DNA of 64,000 nucleotides, taken from positions 1 to 64,000 of IMG/VR virus record IMGVR_UViG_3300037140_000174; one strand, 5' to 3'. Positions 17,401 through 25,891 of this stretch are shown here, piece by piece (position 1 is the stretch's first letter; every line of letters begins with the position of its first letter). The notes beneath the pieces are model-generated. The model saw only the letters and a program-made list of their open reading frames with translations. It was not told where the DNA came from and searched no databases. The DNA comes from a virus. Made by a program: the position numbers and the translations under genes.

Positions 17401-18318
17401 ATGGAAATGAGTCCTGCGCTTCGTGTAACTGAGGACGGAAAATCAGTTCTCGCCCCTAAGATAATCTTTTATTGTACTAAGCCTAGAGACGAAACTGGCC
17501 AAATCAGGGATCAAACCGGGGATGCTGCGCGCCACATCAGGCTTGCCGCAGAACGTAACCTTCCACGTATTAAAAAGGTTGAAGAGCCGAACACAGGAAA
17601 AGCTATCATTGTTGGTGGTGGCCCTTCAATTGCTGATCAATTGGATAAGATTAAAGAATTTGCGGCTGATAAGAATAACGCCATTTTCGCTTTGAACTGG
17701 GCTCATACTTGGTTAATCAAGAATGGAATTCTTCCAACTGCTTGTGTCATGTTTGAGATTGATGTCGATCCCTGTCAAATAATTGATAACACTCACCCCG
17801 ATGTGACTTATTACGTTTGTACTCATTGTCATCCGCTCACCCTTGATGGACTTAAGGATAGAAAAGTTGTCCTGTGGCATTCCCCTCCTAACTCTCCTGG
17901 TGAAAAGATAGCTTTGGACGAGCTGTTTCCTGGTGATTTGAATTTAGGCGGTGGTATTGCAACCTTTCTTCGATCAATGTCCATTGCCCTTGTTCTTGGG
18001 TATAGGCAATTTGAATTGTTTGGGGTGGATAGTTCATTTCCTGATGATTACCCATCCACCCACATTATTGGATATCCAACCATTACTTCACCTAAAGCTG
18101 ATGGCATCTTCATCTATGCTAAAGACGATAAGTCAGGTGAAGTTAGGAGATTCAAGACAGTAGGCTACCTTGCCTATCAGGTTGAAGAATTCATTAAATA
18201 CTTGAAAGTTAATCACATGCTCTTCAGATTGAAGGTTCACGGTGATACCCTACTGGCATTCGTACATAGAAATATGTGGGCTCACCAGTATGAGGAACCA
18301 GAGTGCTCAAATTCCTAG
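17401..18318 (+). CDS. Maf/DUF115 (MptE-like) family protein, candidate nonulosonate transferase
   Basis: KAIIVGGGPS, FALN, GG.AT...SIALVLGYRQFELFGVDSSF...H motifs; first gene of the neu/leg cassette. Confidence 0.7.
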   Translation: MEMSPALRVTEDGKSVLAPKIIFYCTKPRDETGQIRDQTGDAARHIRLAAERNLPRIKKVEEPNTGKAIIVGGGPSIADQLDKIKEFAADKNNAIFALNWAHTWLIKNGILPTACVMFEIDVDPCQIIDNTHPDVTYYVCTHCHPLTLDGLKDRKVVLWHSPPNSPGEKIALDELFPGDLNLGGGIATFLRSMSIALVLGYRQFELFGVDSSFPDDYPSTHIIGYPTITSPKADGIFIYAKDDKSGEVRRFKTVGYLAYQVEEFIKYLKVNHMLFRLKVHGDTLLAFVHRNMWAHQYEEPECSNS

Positions 18319-19172
18319 ACTGTTTCAAAGATTCTGATGAATGGGAAGAGTTGCTCAACACTAAAGATCCACATTTTTCTCCTGCTTTTTATCGTGCTTT
18401 TGGTGGGGGTAAACTTGCGGTATTTGATCGCAACACTTATCAGCCATTTCGTCATCAGGAAGGAAATTGGATAGGGAATGCTTATAATTTCGGTGGCATC
18501 CTCGGCACCTGCACGAATGTTCACAAATTTACTGATGAGTTTGATGAGTGGAAGACACAAAAAGGATTGAATGAACGGTGTACCCTTAGTTTATTTGACT
18601 ATCACTGCATCGAAAAGATGCACCGAAATATAACCACTAAGAGTTCTGTAGTCGTTGACCTTGCTGCTCCACTTTATCTACGTCAAACCACAAAACATTC
18701 CATAGCCAAGGCTACTGAGGCTGGGATTTATACTCAAGTAGTGGATTCAACAGTTGAGAATGCTTCCCTTTTTGAAGAGATCTACCTTGAATCTATGGGG
18801 CGTAAAGGGGCGGCTGCTCATTGGAGGTACCCATCTGGGTTTTTCTACTCAGTTTTGAGGGAATTAGGCACTTCTCGTTCAGCTCTTGTATTGTCGGCAC
18901 ATAAAGGTCGTACTGAAAGTGGCTGCTTTGTCATTTTTGATGAGAAGACGTGCTATTACCATTGGGCGGCCCGTAGGGCTGATGTTTCAACGGTGGGGGT
19001 AGATGCCTTTCAAGTGTGGAACGTCATTGGGTGGGCACGACAACACGGTTGTCGGTGGTTATGTCTTGGTGGGGGCCTGACTGAGGGGGATAGCTTGTTT
19101 AGCTTCAAAGCTGGCTTTTCAAAACTGTTCTTCACGACCAGGAGCTATGTCACAGAAATAGGGAGTGCGTGA
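18303..19172 (+). CDS. FemAB-like GNAT acyl/aminoacyl transferase
   Basis: IY..SM.RKGA...Y...FF, YYHWAA, WARQHGCRWLCLGGG...DSLFSFKAGFS. Confidence 0.75.
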   Translation: MLKFLDCFKDSDEWEELLNTKDPHFSPAFYRAFGGGKLAVFDRNTYQPFRHQEGNWIGNAYNFGGILGTCTNVHKFTDEFDEWKTQKGLNERCTLSLFDYHCIEKMHRNITTKSSVVVDLAAPLYLRQTTKHSIAKATEAGIYTQVVDSTVENASLFEEIYLESMGRKGAAAHWRYPSGFFYSVLRELGTSRSALVLSAHKGRTESGCFVIFDEKTCYYHWAARRADVSTVGVDAFQVWNVIGWARQHGCRWLCLGGGLTEGDSLFSFKAGFSKLFFTTRSYVTEIGSA

Positions 19173-19988
19173 ATGGTTGAGATTATCGCTGAGGCCGGAT
19201 TAAATCATAAAGGAAACCTTGATTTAGCTCTGGATATGGTAGAAGCAGCCGCTGCTGCTGATGCTGATGTTATTAAGTTTCAGACTTTTGATCCTTCCCA
19301 AATGTATCCTGATACTCATCCTTCATTCAAAATTCTAACCGAGTTACGACTCAGTCAAGCAGATTTTATTAGCATAGCCAAGAATTGTGAGAAATTAGAA
19401 ATTGAGTTTATGTCTACCCCAGGGGATGTAGATAGTTTGAAATTTTTGGTTTGGGAATGCGGGGTAAAGCGGATAAAAATTGGTTCTGATGACTTAACTA
19501 ATGAACCACTTCTTAGTGCGGCTGAGGATAGTGGGTTGCCTATTATTCTTTCTACTGGAATGGCAACCATGGACGAAGTTTGCGATGCAATGGACAAATT
19601 GAGGCCAAGCACACGTAGTCTAACCACTATTCTTCACTGTGTGTCGTCCTATCCTTGTGCCGTTGACGATGTTAATCTCAATGCCATGGATACATTGGGG
19701 AGATATTTTGGCAAAGTCGGGTATTCTGACCATACCAAAGAAGGGCTTGCTTGTATTGTTGCTGCCTCAAAGGGAGCAATAATCATTGAGAAGCACTTTA
19801 TGCTTCGGGATGACCCAGGGTGCATTGATTATTTAGTTTCAATTGATCAATGGAAGCTACAAGAGCTTATCTCCAAAATTCGTCAAGTTGAATTTATGCT
19901 TGGAACCGGTAGCAAGGTTCCGTGTGAAGCTGAGAAGAAAAACATCCCACTTTTCAGAAAAGGTAAGAATGGCAGGAGATGCGCGTGA
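19173..19988 (+). CDS. neuB: Nonulosonic acid synthase (NeuB/LegI family), without the C-terminal SAF domain
   Basis: IIAEAGLNHKG, ADVIKFQ, KIGSDDLTN, PIILSTGM, LHCVSSYP, GYSDHT, IIEKHF. Confidence 0.93.
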   Translation: MVEIIAEAGLNHKGNLDLALDMVEAAAAADADVIKFQTFDPSQMYPDTHPSFKILTELRLSQADFISIAKNCEKLEIEFMSTPGDVDSLKFLVWECGVKRIKIGSDDLTNEPLLSAAEDSGLPIILSTGMATMDEVCDAMDKLRPSTRSLTTILHCVSSYPCAVDDVNLNAMDTLGRYFGKVGYSDHTKEGLACIVAASKGAIIIEKHFMLRDDPGCIDYLVSIDQWKLQELISKIRQVEFMLGTGSKVPCEAEKKNIPLFRKGKNGRRCA

Positions 19989-20653
19989 GAACTATGGCAG
20001 TTATCCCAGCTAGGGCTGGAAGTGAGCGATGCCCTGGCAAGAACAAAGCAGCTCTTGATGGGAAGCCATTGATTTGCTGGACGATTGAAGCTGCTCAATT
20101 GTCAACTATGTTTGACGATATTGTTGTTAGCACTGATGACCAAGATATTGCTATTATTGCAATGCAGAAAGGATGCAAGGTAATTGAACGCCCATTTGAA
20201 TTGGCTCAATCTGACAGTGAAATGCTTCCTGTAGTTAGACACGCTTATAATGGTTTTCATTCGGATGTTGTAATGCTGCTTCAGCCAACGTCACCTTTTA
20301 GGACGGCAGAAGATATTTGCAATGCTTTCGGTATTCATGAAAGTAGGCATGGGGATGCTGTGATTTCGGTAATTGAAGCACCAAAGAATGATGTTTTTGA
20401 GATTGGACACGCTGGTAGGCTTCATCCGACCAGGCATACAGTAGTTGTTCCTAATGGGGCTATTTATCTAATTACAGGTGAACATCTTTTGAACAAAGGT
20501 GATTGGTATTCTGGAATTTCGTATGCTTATCAAATGCCAAAGGAACGTTCGCTTGATATCGACACAAAAATGGATTTGGAATACGCTAGGATGTTTGTCA
20601 AAGAGCGTGCCAAAAATGAAGATAGGTCACGGTATGCAAGTGAAGCTGGCTGA
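19979..20653 (+). CDS. neuA: CMP-nonulosonate synthetase (NeuA/LegF family)
   Basis: AVIPARAGS..PGKN, VVSTDD, LLQPTSPFR, NGAIY, SLDIDT..D. Confidence 0.93.
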   Translation: MRVRTMAVIPARAGSERCPGKNKAALDGKPLICWTIEAAQLSTMFDDIVVSTDDQDIAIIAMQKGCKVIERPFELAQSDSEMLPVVRHAYNGFHSDVVMLLQPTSPFRTAEDICNAFGIHESRHGDAVISVIEAPKNDVFEIGHAGRLHPTRHTVVVPNGAIYLITGEHLLNKGDWYSGISYAYQMPKERSLDIDTKMDLEYARMFVKERAKNEDRSRYASEAG

Positions 20654-21770
20654 TGCAATTGAGGAGGTGCTGCCGAAGCATAGGCCCATAGGGCATCATG
20701 ACGCTGCTATTAATGGCAAGGAATGGGTAGCAGTATCTGATTGTTTGAATGATCTGACTTCGGATAAATATGTAACCCTTCTTGAAGATAAGATTTCACA
20801 TTACTGTGATGTATCTTCTGTAATAGCAACTTCATCTGGAACTGCTGCCCTGCATTTGGCTTTGTTGGCAGTTGGGGTTAAGCCGGGTGAAGAAGTTTTA
20901 GTTCCAGCTTCAACTTTTGCAGGTACCGCTTTTGCGGTATCTTATTGTGGGGCAATCCCAAATTTCATTGATGGCACTGTTAGGATAAACGCTTACAAGC
21001 TTCGGCGCTATCTAGAAAGAACAACTGTAAAGAATTGGAATAGAAGGGGCCGCTTGAATTCTAAGACAGGAAGGGTAATATCAGCAATCATCGCTGTTGA
21101 TCTGCTTGGCTTCCCAAATGATATGGAGAAGCTGGCTGCTGTAGCTGATGAGTTCGGGCTTACCCTCATTGAAGATGCGGCCCAGGCTCTTGGTGCCTCT
21201 TTAGGCAACCGGCGCTGCGGTAGCTTCGGTAAAGCAGCGATTTTAAGTTTCAATAACAATAAAATCGTCACTGGGAATGGGGGTGGAGCAGTTCTGACTA
21301 ATGATGAGTGGATTGCCGCTAAGGTTTGGCAATTGGCCACCACCGGCAGGATAAAGCACCCTTGGAAAATTGAGCACGATGCAATTGGGTTTAATTACCG
21401 AATGAAAAATATCAATGCTGCGATTGCTTGTGCTCAGTTTGATCAATTGGATTTCTTTCTACAAAAGAAGCGTGAGCTTCGTGATCGTTATAAGCGAGCA
21501 ATTAGCGAGATTAAAGAGGTAGGGCTATTACTGACAGGTGAAGATTGGCAAGGAAAGCCGAACTATTGGTTAAATGCTATGTTGGTGCCAAACAAAGACC
21601 GGGAAGCTGTTCTAGACGAACTTAATAAGCGAGGTATTGGGGCGCGTTCACTTTATACTCCACTTCACAAGCTGTCGATGTATGAAGATAACCCAAGGGA
21701 CGATCTTCGATCGGCAGAAATTCTAGCTTCCATGGTCGTTTGTCTTCCATCAGGGATAGGATGTGCGTGA
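20616..21770 (+). CDS. legC: PLP-dependent sugar aminotransferase (DegT/DnrJ family, LegC-like)
   Basis: SSGTAALHLAL, IEDAAQALG, SFNNNKIVT.GGG (catalytic Lys), N..TGR.I.A insert, GFNYRM. Confidence 0.88.
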   Translation: MKIGHGMQVKLADAIEEVLPKHRPIGHHDAAINGKEWVAVSDCLNDLTSDKYVTLLEDKISHYCDVSSVIATSSGTAALHLALLAVGVKPGEEVLVPASTFAGTAFAVSYCGAIPNFIDGTVRINAYKLRRYLERTTVKNWNRRGRLNSKTGRVISAIIAVDLLGFPNDMEKLAAVADEFGLTLIEDAAQALGASLGNRRCGSFGKAAILSFNNNKIVTGNGGGAVLTNDEWIAAKVWQLATTGRIKHPWKIEHDAIGFNYRMKNINAAIACAQFDQLDFFLQKKRELRDRYKRAISEIKEVGLLLTGEDWQGKPNYWLNAMLVPNKDREAVLDELNKRGIGARSLYTPLHKLSMYEDNPRDDLRSAEILASMVVCLPSGIGCA

Positions 21771-22201
21771 TGAAAACTCTGTTGTTTGCAGCGGTGTTGT
21801 TAGCGACTCCAGCTTTAGCGAGAGATCAAGGGCAGTGGGGTGATACTGATCCTGCTGTGCGTCAATGGTTTCAATCTTTAATGCAGCCAGATAACCCATA
21901 TGTAAGTTGTTGCGGTGAAGCGGATGCTTATTTTGCTGATAGCTACAAGGTCGGTTCTCACGGTGAAACAATCGCTATTGTCACTGATGAAAGGCCAGAT
22001 TCATGGGTTGATAATAGTGGCATAACACATAGTCGCCCACACATCCCGGTTGGGACTCAGGTCATTATTCCGGATGCAAAGATAAAGTGGGATAAAGGTA
22101 ACCCAAGTGGTCACGGGCTTATATTTATTGGTGCATCTTATGTTTCGACGGATGGACAAGTTCAGAACGTATATTGTTACGTTCTGCCGGGGGGCGTGTA
22201 A
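21770..22201 (+). CDS. Signal-peptide protein with SCCGEAD...YCY motif
   Basis: MKTLLFAAVLLATPALA signal; TGATG coupling. Confidence 0.7.
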   Translation: MKTLLFAAVLLATPALARDQGQWGDTDPAVRQWFQSLMQPDNPYVSCCGEADAYFADSYKVGSHGETIAIVTDERPDSWVDNSGITHSRPHIPVGTQVIIPDAKIKWDKGNPSGHGLIFIGASYVSTDGQVQNVYCYVLPGGV

Positions 22202-22410
22202 TGTTAACCATTATCTTAACTGTTATTATGATTATGCCGGGGGATAAACCGGATGTAAGCCAATCTCATGAAATGGCCTCCCTTGATGAGTGTTCGAGTG
22301 CAGCTCGTGCATGGTTAGAACAGGATGCAAAGGCTGCTGGCGTGGCTGGGTTTGCGTCTGGTTGTTCAATCACAGACACTAGAACTGATCCTCCTGGGGA
22401 GGATAACTAA
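22201..22410 (+). CDS. Small hypothetical protein (hydrophobic N-terminus, Cys pair)
   Basis: TAATG coupling on both sides. Confidence 0.6.
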   Translation: MLTIILTVIMIMPGDKPDVSQSHEMASLDECSSAARAWLEQDAKAAGVAGFASGCSITDTRTDPPGEDN

Positions 22411-23423
22411 TGCGTGTAGCCCTAGTAACTGGAAGTAGAGCTGATCTTAATGCCCTTCGAATGGTTCATGACGGGCTGCTGAAACATACAAAGTTTCAAC
22501 CAGTTCTAATAAAGTCGGATCACTGGCAATTAGCCATTCCCACTGATATAGCGATAGTTTGTGGTGACCGCTATGAAATGTTGGAGACTGCTTTCAAGCT
22601 GAACCTTAAGCGTATCCCAATTGTCCATCTTGCTGGCGGGGATATAACTGGGGGAAGTCAAGACGATTGCTTCCGTCACGCAATCACAAAGCTTTCCCAT
22701 GTTCACTTCCCCACGAACCATGAATCGGCAAAGCGCATACTTCAAATGGGGGAAGACCCTAGACACGTTCATATGGTGGGTTCTGCCAGCCTTGATTTGG
22801 TTCTTCAGACTGAATTGCTGGACCGGGACACTACCTTTGCTGCCGTAGGGCTCAGGACGCCTCAGCGGGCGCTACTGGTAAGCTTTCACCCTAACACTTT
22901 AGGTGACACTGCCCAGGAATTGAGTGAGCTTAAAGCCGCCCTGCATGAATTGGACATTGCTTTGGTGATGATCGGCCCAAATAGGGATGCAGGTTGGGAA
23001 TTGATTGCAGCAGCCTTTGGTGCTCTCAGTGTTTCTCATAACGTGGTTTATGCTCATCACTTCGAGCCCAAAGTGTATCATTCCTTGATGTACTGGTGTG
23101 ATGCAATGGTGGGTAATTCGTCAGCGGGGGTCTATGAGGCTCCTTCTTTTGGAACGCCAGTAGTCAATATTGGGGATCGTCAGTCTGGACGGTTGAAAGC
23201 TCGATGTGTGACTGATTGTGACCCTGAGCGTAACGATATCCTTTCAGCTATAAGGTGGGCATTGTCAATGAAACGCTTTCCTCCTGAAAACCCGTATGGT
23301 GACGGTCATGCGAGTGAGCGGATTGCCAAAGTGCTCACCAGCATTGACGAACCTAAGCTTCTTCTGCATAAAGTATGGAACGATCTTCAGAAAACAGGTT
23401 CGCGTCAGCCTAAAGTGGCGTAA
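22410..23423 (+). CDS. neuC: Hydrolysing NDP-sugar 2-epimerase (NeuC/LegG family)
   Basis: VTGSRAD, GDRYE, HLAGGD.T.GS.DD..RHAITKLSH.HF, VGNSSAG..EAP, NIGDRQ.GR, NPYGDG. Confidence 0.92.
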   Translation: MRVALVTGSRADLNALRMVHDGLLKHTKFQPVLIKSDHWQLAIPTDIAIVCGDRYEMLETAFKLNLKRIPIVHLAGGDITGGSQDDCFRHAITKLSHVHFPTNHESAKRILQMGEDPRHVHMVGSASLDLVLQTELLDRDTTFAAVGLRTPQRALLVSFHPNTLGDTAQELSELKAALHELDIALVMIGPNRDAGWELIAAAFGALSVSHNVVYAHHFEPKVYHSLMYWCDAMVGNSSAGVYEAPSFGTPVVNIGDRQSGRLKARCVTDCDPERNDILSAIRWALSMKRFPPENPYGDGHASERIAKVLTSIDEPKLLLHKVWNDLQKTGSRQPKVA

Positions 23424-23432
23424 CAACGGAGA

Positions 23433-24203
23433 ATGGTTATGGACTTCACTGATTTCGCCAACCCGACTAACATTGTTATGCGTGGACACGTTGGCACTGT
23501 TGAGTACGGGGGTGGGGATCGTGGAATGGTGGTCATGTTCTACAATAAGCCTGAACATGATCCGCAGGCATCGCTTGCTACAGGCTCTCCTCAGTATAAA
23601 GACGTAGTTTTCGTCAAGATTCACCCGCCTGGGGAACGCCTAAACATCGTTGACCGCCCTGCCAAGGGTGAAGATTCCAGGCGGTGGCCCAATCAGTGGG
23701 CAGCTTTCTCACAGAACCGTCAGCAGATCCCTGAGGGTACCCCCGTTGATCTTCTTTATCCGGATAGGCCGTCAATTGCGGCTCAGCTCCGAGCAAATGG
23801 CGTTTATGTCATTGAGGATTTGGCGGAGCTTTCTGCCAATGCCATGGATACTGTTGGAATGGGTGCCCAGACCTGGGTGAATGACGCGAAGAAGTATCTG
23901 GCTGCTGCTCAGAAGGGCATGGGCGCTGCCAAAATCAGGGCTGAGCTTGAGGATCGTGATCGTCAGATCAAGGTTCTGGTGGAACAGGTCCAGAACCTTA
24001 CGAAGCAGGTTACGATGCTTCAGGCGGCTCGTGTTCAACAGGCCGACATCATGGGTCAGGCACTTGTGTCGGGGGCTATGACACGTCCTCAGCATATGCC
24101 CGCCATTCAATTTGATGCACAGACGGCTCAAATCAACGCCAACAATAGTGCGTCTAGGGCTCCTGCCCCGCAGAAGCGCCAGCGTGCTAAACTCCGTGCC
24201 TAA
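23433..24203 (+). CDS. Conserved phage protein with helix-hairpin-helix-like segment and coiled coil
   Basis: GGAG SD; LRANGVYVIEDLAELS...GMG; heptad region. Confidence 0.7.
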   Translation: MVMDFTDFANPTNIVMRGHVGTVEYGGGDRGMVVMFYNKPEHDPQASLATGSPQYKDVVFVKIHPPGERLNIVDRPAKGEDSRRWPNQWAAFSQNRQQIPEGTPVDLLYPDRPSIAAQLRANGVYVIEDLAELSANAMDTVGMGAQTWVNDAKKYLAAAQKGMGAAKIRAELEDRDRQIKVLVEQVQNLTKQVTMLQAARVQQADIMGQALVSGAMTRPQHMPAIQFDAQTAQINANNSASRAPAPQKRQRAKLRA

Positions 24204-24241
24204 TAGAGCTTGAGTGCGTTCCTTATTTCTAAGGGGCCACA

Positions 24242-25237
24242 ATGGCACAGACTATCCTTCAGATGGTGCAGCAGGCTCAGTCAGAACTGGGCCTGCCTCA
24301 GTCTGCTTCGGTCTTTGGTCAGACAGGTTCTACTGATCTTACTGGCACTCAGATGGGCGCTCTTGCAAACAGAGCGCTTGATGAGTTGCGCAGGCTTAAT
24401 CGCTGGACTGTGCTTCAAAAGGAATATGATATTGTTGTCAATGTCGCTGTTAACGTAACCGGCGATATGACCGCACAGTCTCCAGTCATCACCAGCATTG
24501 CACCGAACACAACTGGGCTCACTGCTCAGGATTGGCAAGTTTCAGGCCCTGGTATTTCAGTGGCTTCAAGGATTCAGTCAGTTTATTCTTCATCGCAAGT
24601 TACTTGCACGATGGAGAATACTAACCCAGCGAACTTAACGAATCAGGCTATTCAGTTTGGTCAGGATACGTATCCTCTTCCTCCTGATATTGATTGGTTC
24701 AACAATAGAACCTTTTGGGATAGAACTAATCGTTGGGAGCTGATTGGTCCAGATAGTCCTCAGATCGATCAGTGGCATCGATCCGGTATCGTGGCTACTG
24801 GCCCCAGAAGGCACTATAGGATACTTCAGGGTGTGAGCACGACAACTGGGCTGCTTCAGGATATGGTCAGGTTCTGGCCTGCCCCGTTTGAAATCGCGAA
24901 CCCGCTTCAGCTCGTCTTTGAATACATGAGCACCTATGCGGTGTCGGTTGGTGGGGCTGCTACCTATGCCCAAAACTTTACGACGGACACAGACACCTGC
25001 TTGCTCGATACTAATGCCATTATCATGGGCATCAAGTGGTTATTCTGGGAAGTCAAAGGGTTCGGTAGCTATATCACGATGCAGAACCGTTGGGTTGATT
25101 ATTGTGAGCGGTTGAAAGCTCGTGATGGTTCTGCCCCCAATCTTAAAGTAGTGCAGCGTCTGAGTCCTCTGCTGATCTCGCCCAATTCGGTGCAAGACGG
25201 TTTCTGGCCGGGACCCAGCGGTCCTAATACGAGCTGA
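24242..25237 (+). CDS. Head-to-tail adaptor (tail tubular A-like)
   Basis: TILQMVQQA..ELGL, Y.LPPD, WDRTNRW...GP.SPQ; position before the hub gene. Confidence 0.75.
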   Translation: MAQTILQMVQQAQSELGLPQSASVFGQTGSTDLTGTQMGALANRALDELRRLNRWTVLQKEYDIVVNVAVNVTGDMTAQSPVITSIAPNTTGLTAQDWQVSGPGISVASRIQSVYSSSQVTCTMENTNPANLTNQAIQFGQDTYPLPPDIDWFNNRTFWDRTNRWELIGPDSPQIDQWHRSGIVATGPRRHYRILQGVSTTTGLLQDMVRFWPAPFEIANPLQLVFEYMSTYAVSVGGAATYAQNFTTDTDTCLLDTNAIIMGIKWLFWEVKGFGSYITMQNRWVDYCERLKARDGSAPNLKVVQRLSPLLISPNSVQDGFWPGPSGPNTS

Positions 25238-25239
25238 TC

Positions 25240-25536
25240 ATGACAACCTTAGACGATACCATAGCGGCTTTGATTGCTCAGAAGAACCAACCTCAGCCAA
25301 TGGGTGCTGGAAGTGCGGATAGTGGGATGGGGCCGATGATGTCGGTACCCCCTCAGCATTTGCAACAAATGGCTGGTGATGTGATCCCGCTTCCAATTAC
25401 GCCTGGGCCGAATGCAGGGCCTCCGGCAAGTGGCGCTCCGGTAATGGATGTCTATAGGGCGGGTAAGCCCCCAAATGTTCAATTTATGCCGGCAGATGCG
25501 TACAGAAACCACATTATGAATATTCTAAAGAGGTAA
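25240..25536 (+). CDS. Met/Pro-rich small protein
   Basis: Fills the gap on the operon strand. Confidence 0.55.
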   Translation: MTTLDDTIAALIAQKNQPQPMGAGSADSGMGPMMSVPPQHLQQMAGDVIPLPITPGPNAGPPASGAPVMDVYRAGKPPNVQFMPADAYRNHIMNILKR

Positions 25537-25537
25537 G

Positions 25538-25891
25538 GTGCTTTCTCAAGAAGTTGAGATTTGCCGATTTAGGGTTCGCATCGAACGTGTTCGACTAGCG
25601 GTAATGCGCAAACAAGGAAATGGTGCTTACATGAAGGAAATCCAAGATATTACGTCGGCTCTTCAGGCACTAGCGGCTCTGAAGCAGGCAGCTTCATCCA
25701 CGACTGCTGCTTTTTCAAAGGAAGCTGCGAATGCTCAGGTGAATATCTCAAAGGTTACTGCCCTGACGCAAGAACTTAAGGATGCCAATAAGGCTCTTGA
25801 GAATGTTCTTGGTTCGAGCGGAAGTAATTTTGCTTCTAACACCACTTTGAGTGCTCCTGATGCCAATGGGGTACAGGTCAATAAATCCTAA
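25538..25891 (+). CDS. Hypothetical coiled-coil protein (start may be ATG 25631)
   Basis: Ala-rich heptads; TAATG coupling to the next gene. Confidence 0.55.
   Translation: MLSQEVEICRFRVRIERVRLAVMRKQGNGAYMKEIQDITSALQALAALKQAASSTTAAFSKEAANAQVNISKVTALTQELKDANKALENVLGSSGSNFASNTTLSAPDANGVQVNKS

Noticed and set aside
17401-23423. Host LPS/capsule locus misassembled into the phage
   Set aside because: Same strand and tight spacing with flanking virion genes, similar composition, streamlined enzymes, no wzx/wzy/kps genes; read mapping would still be the formal test
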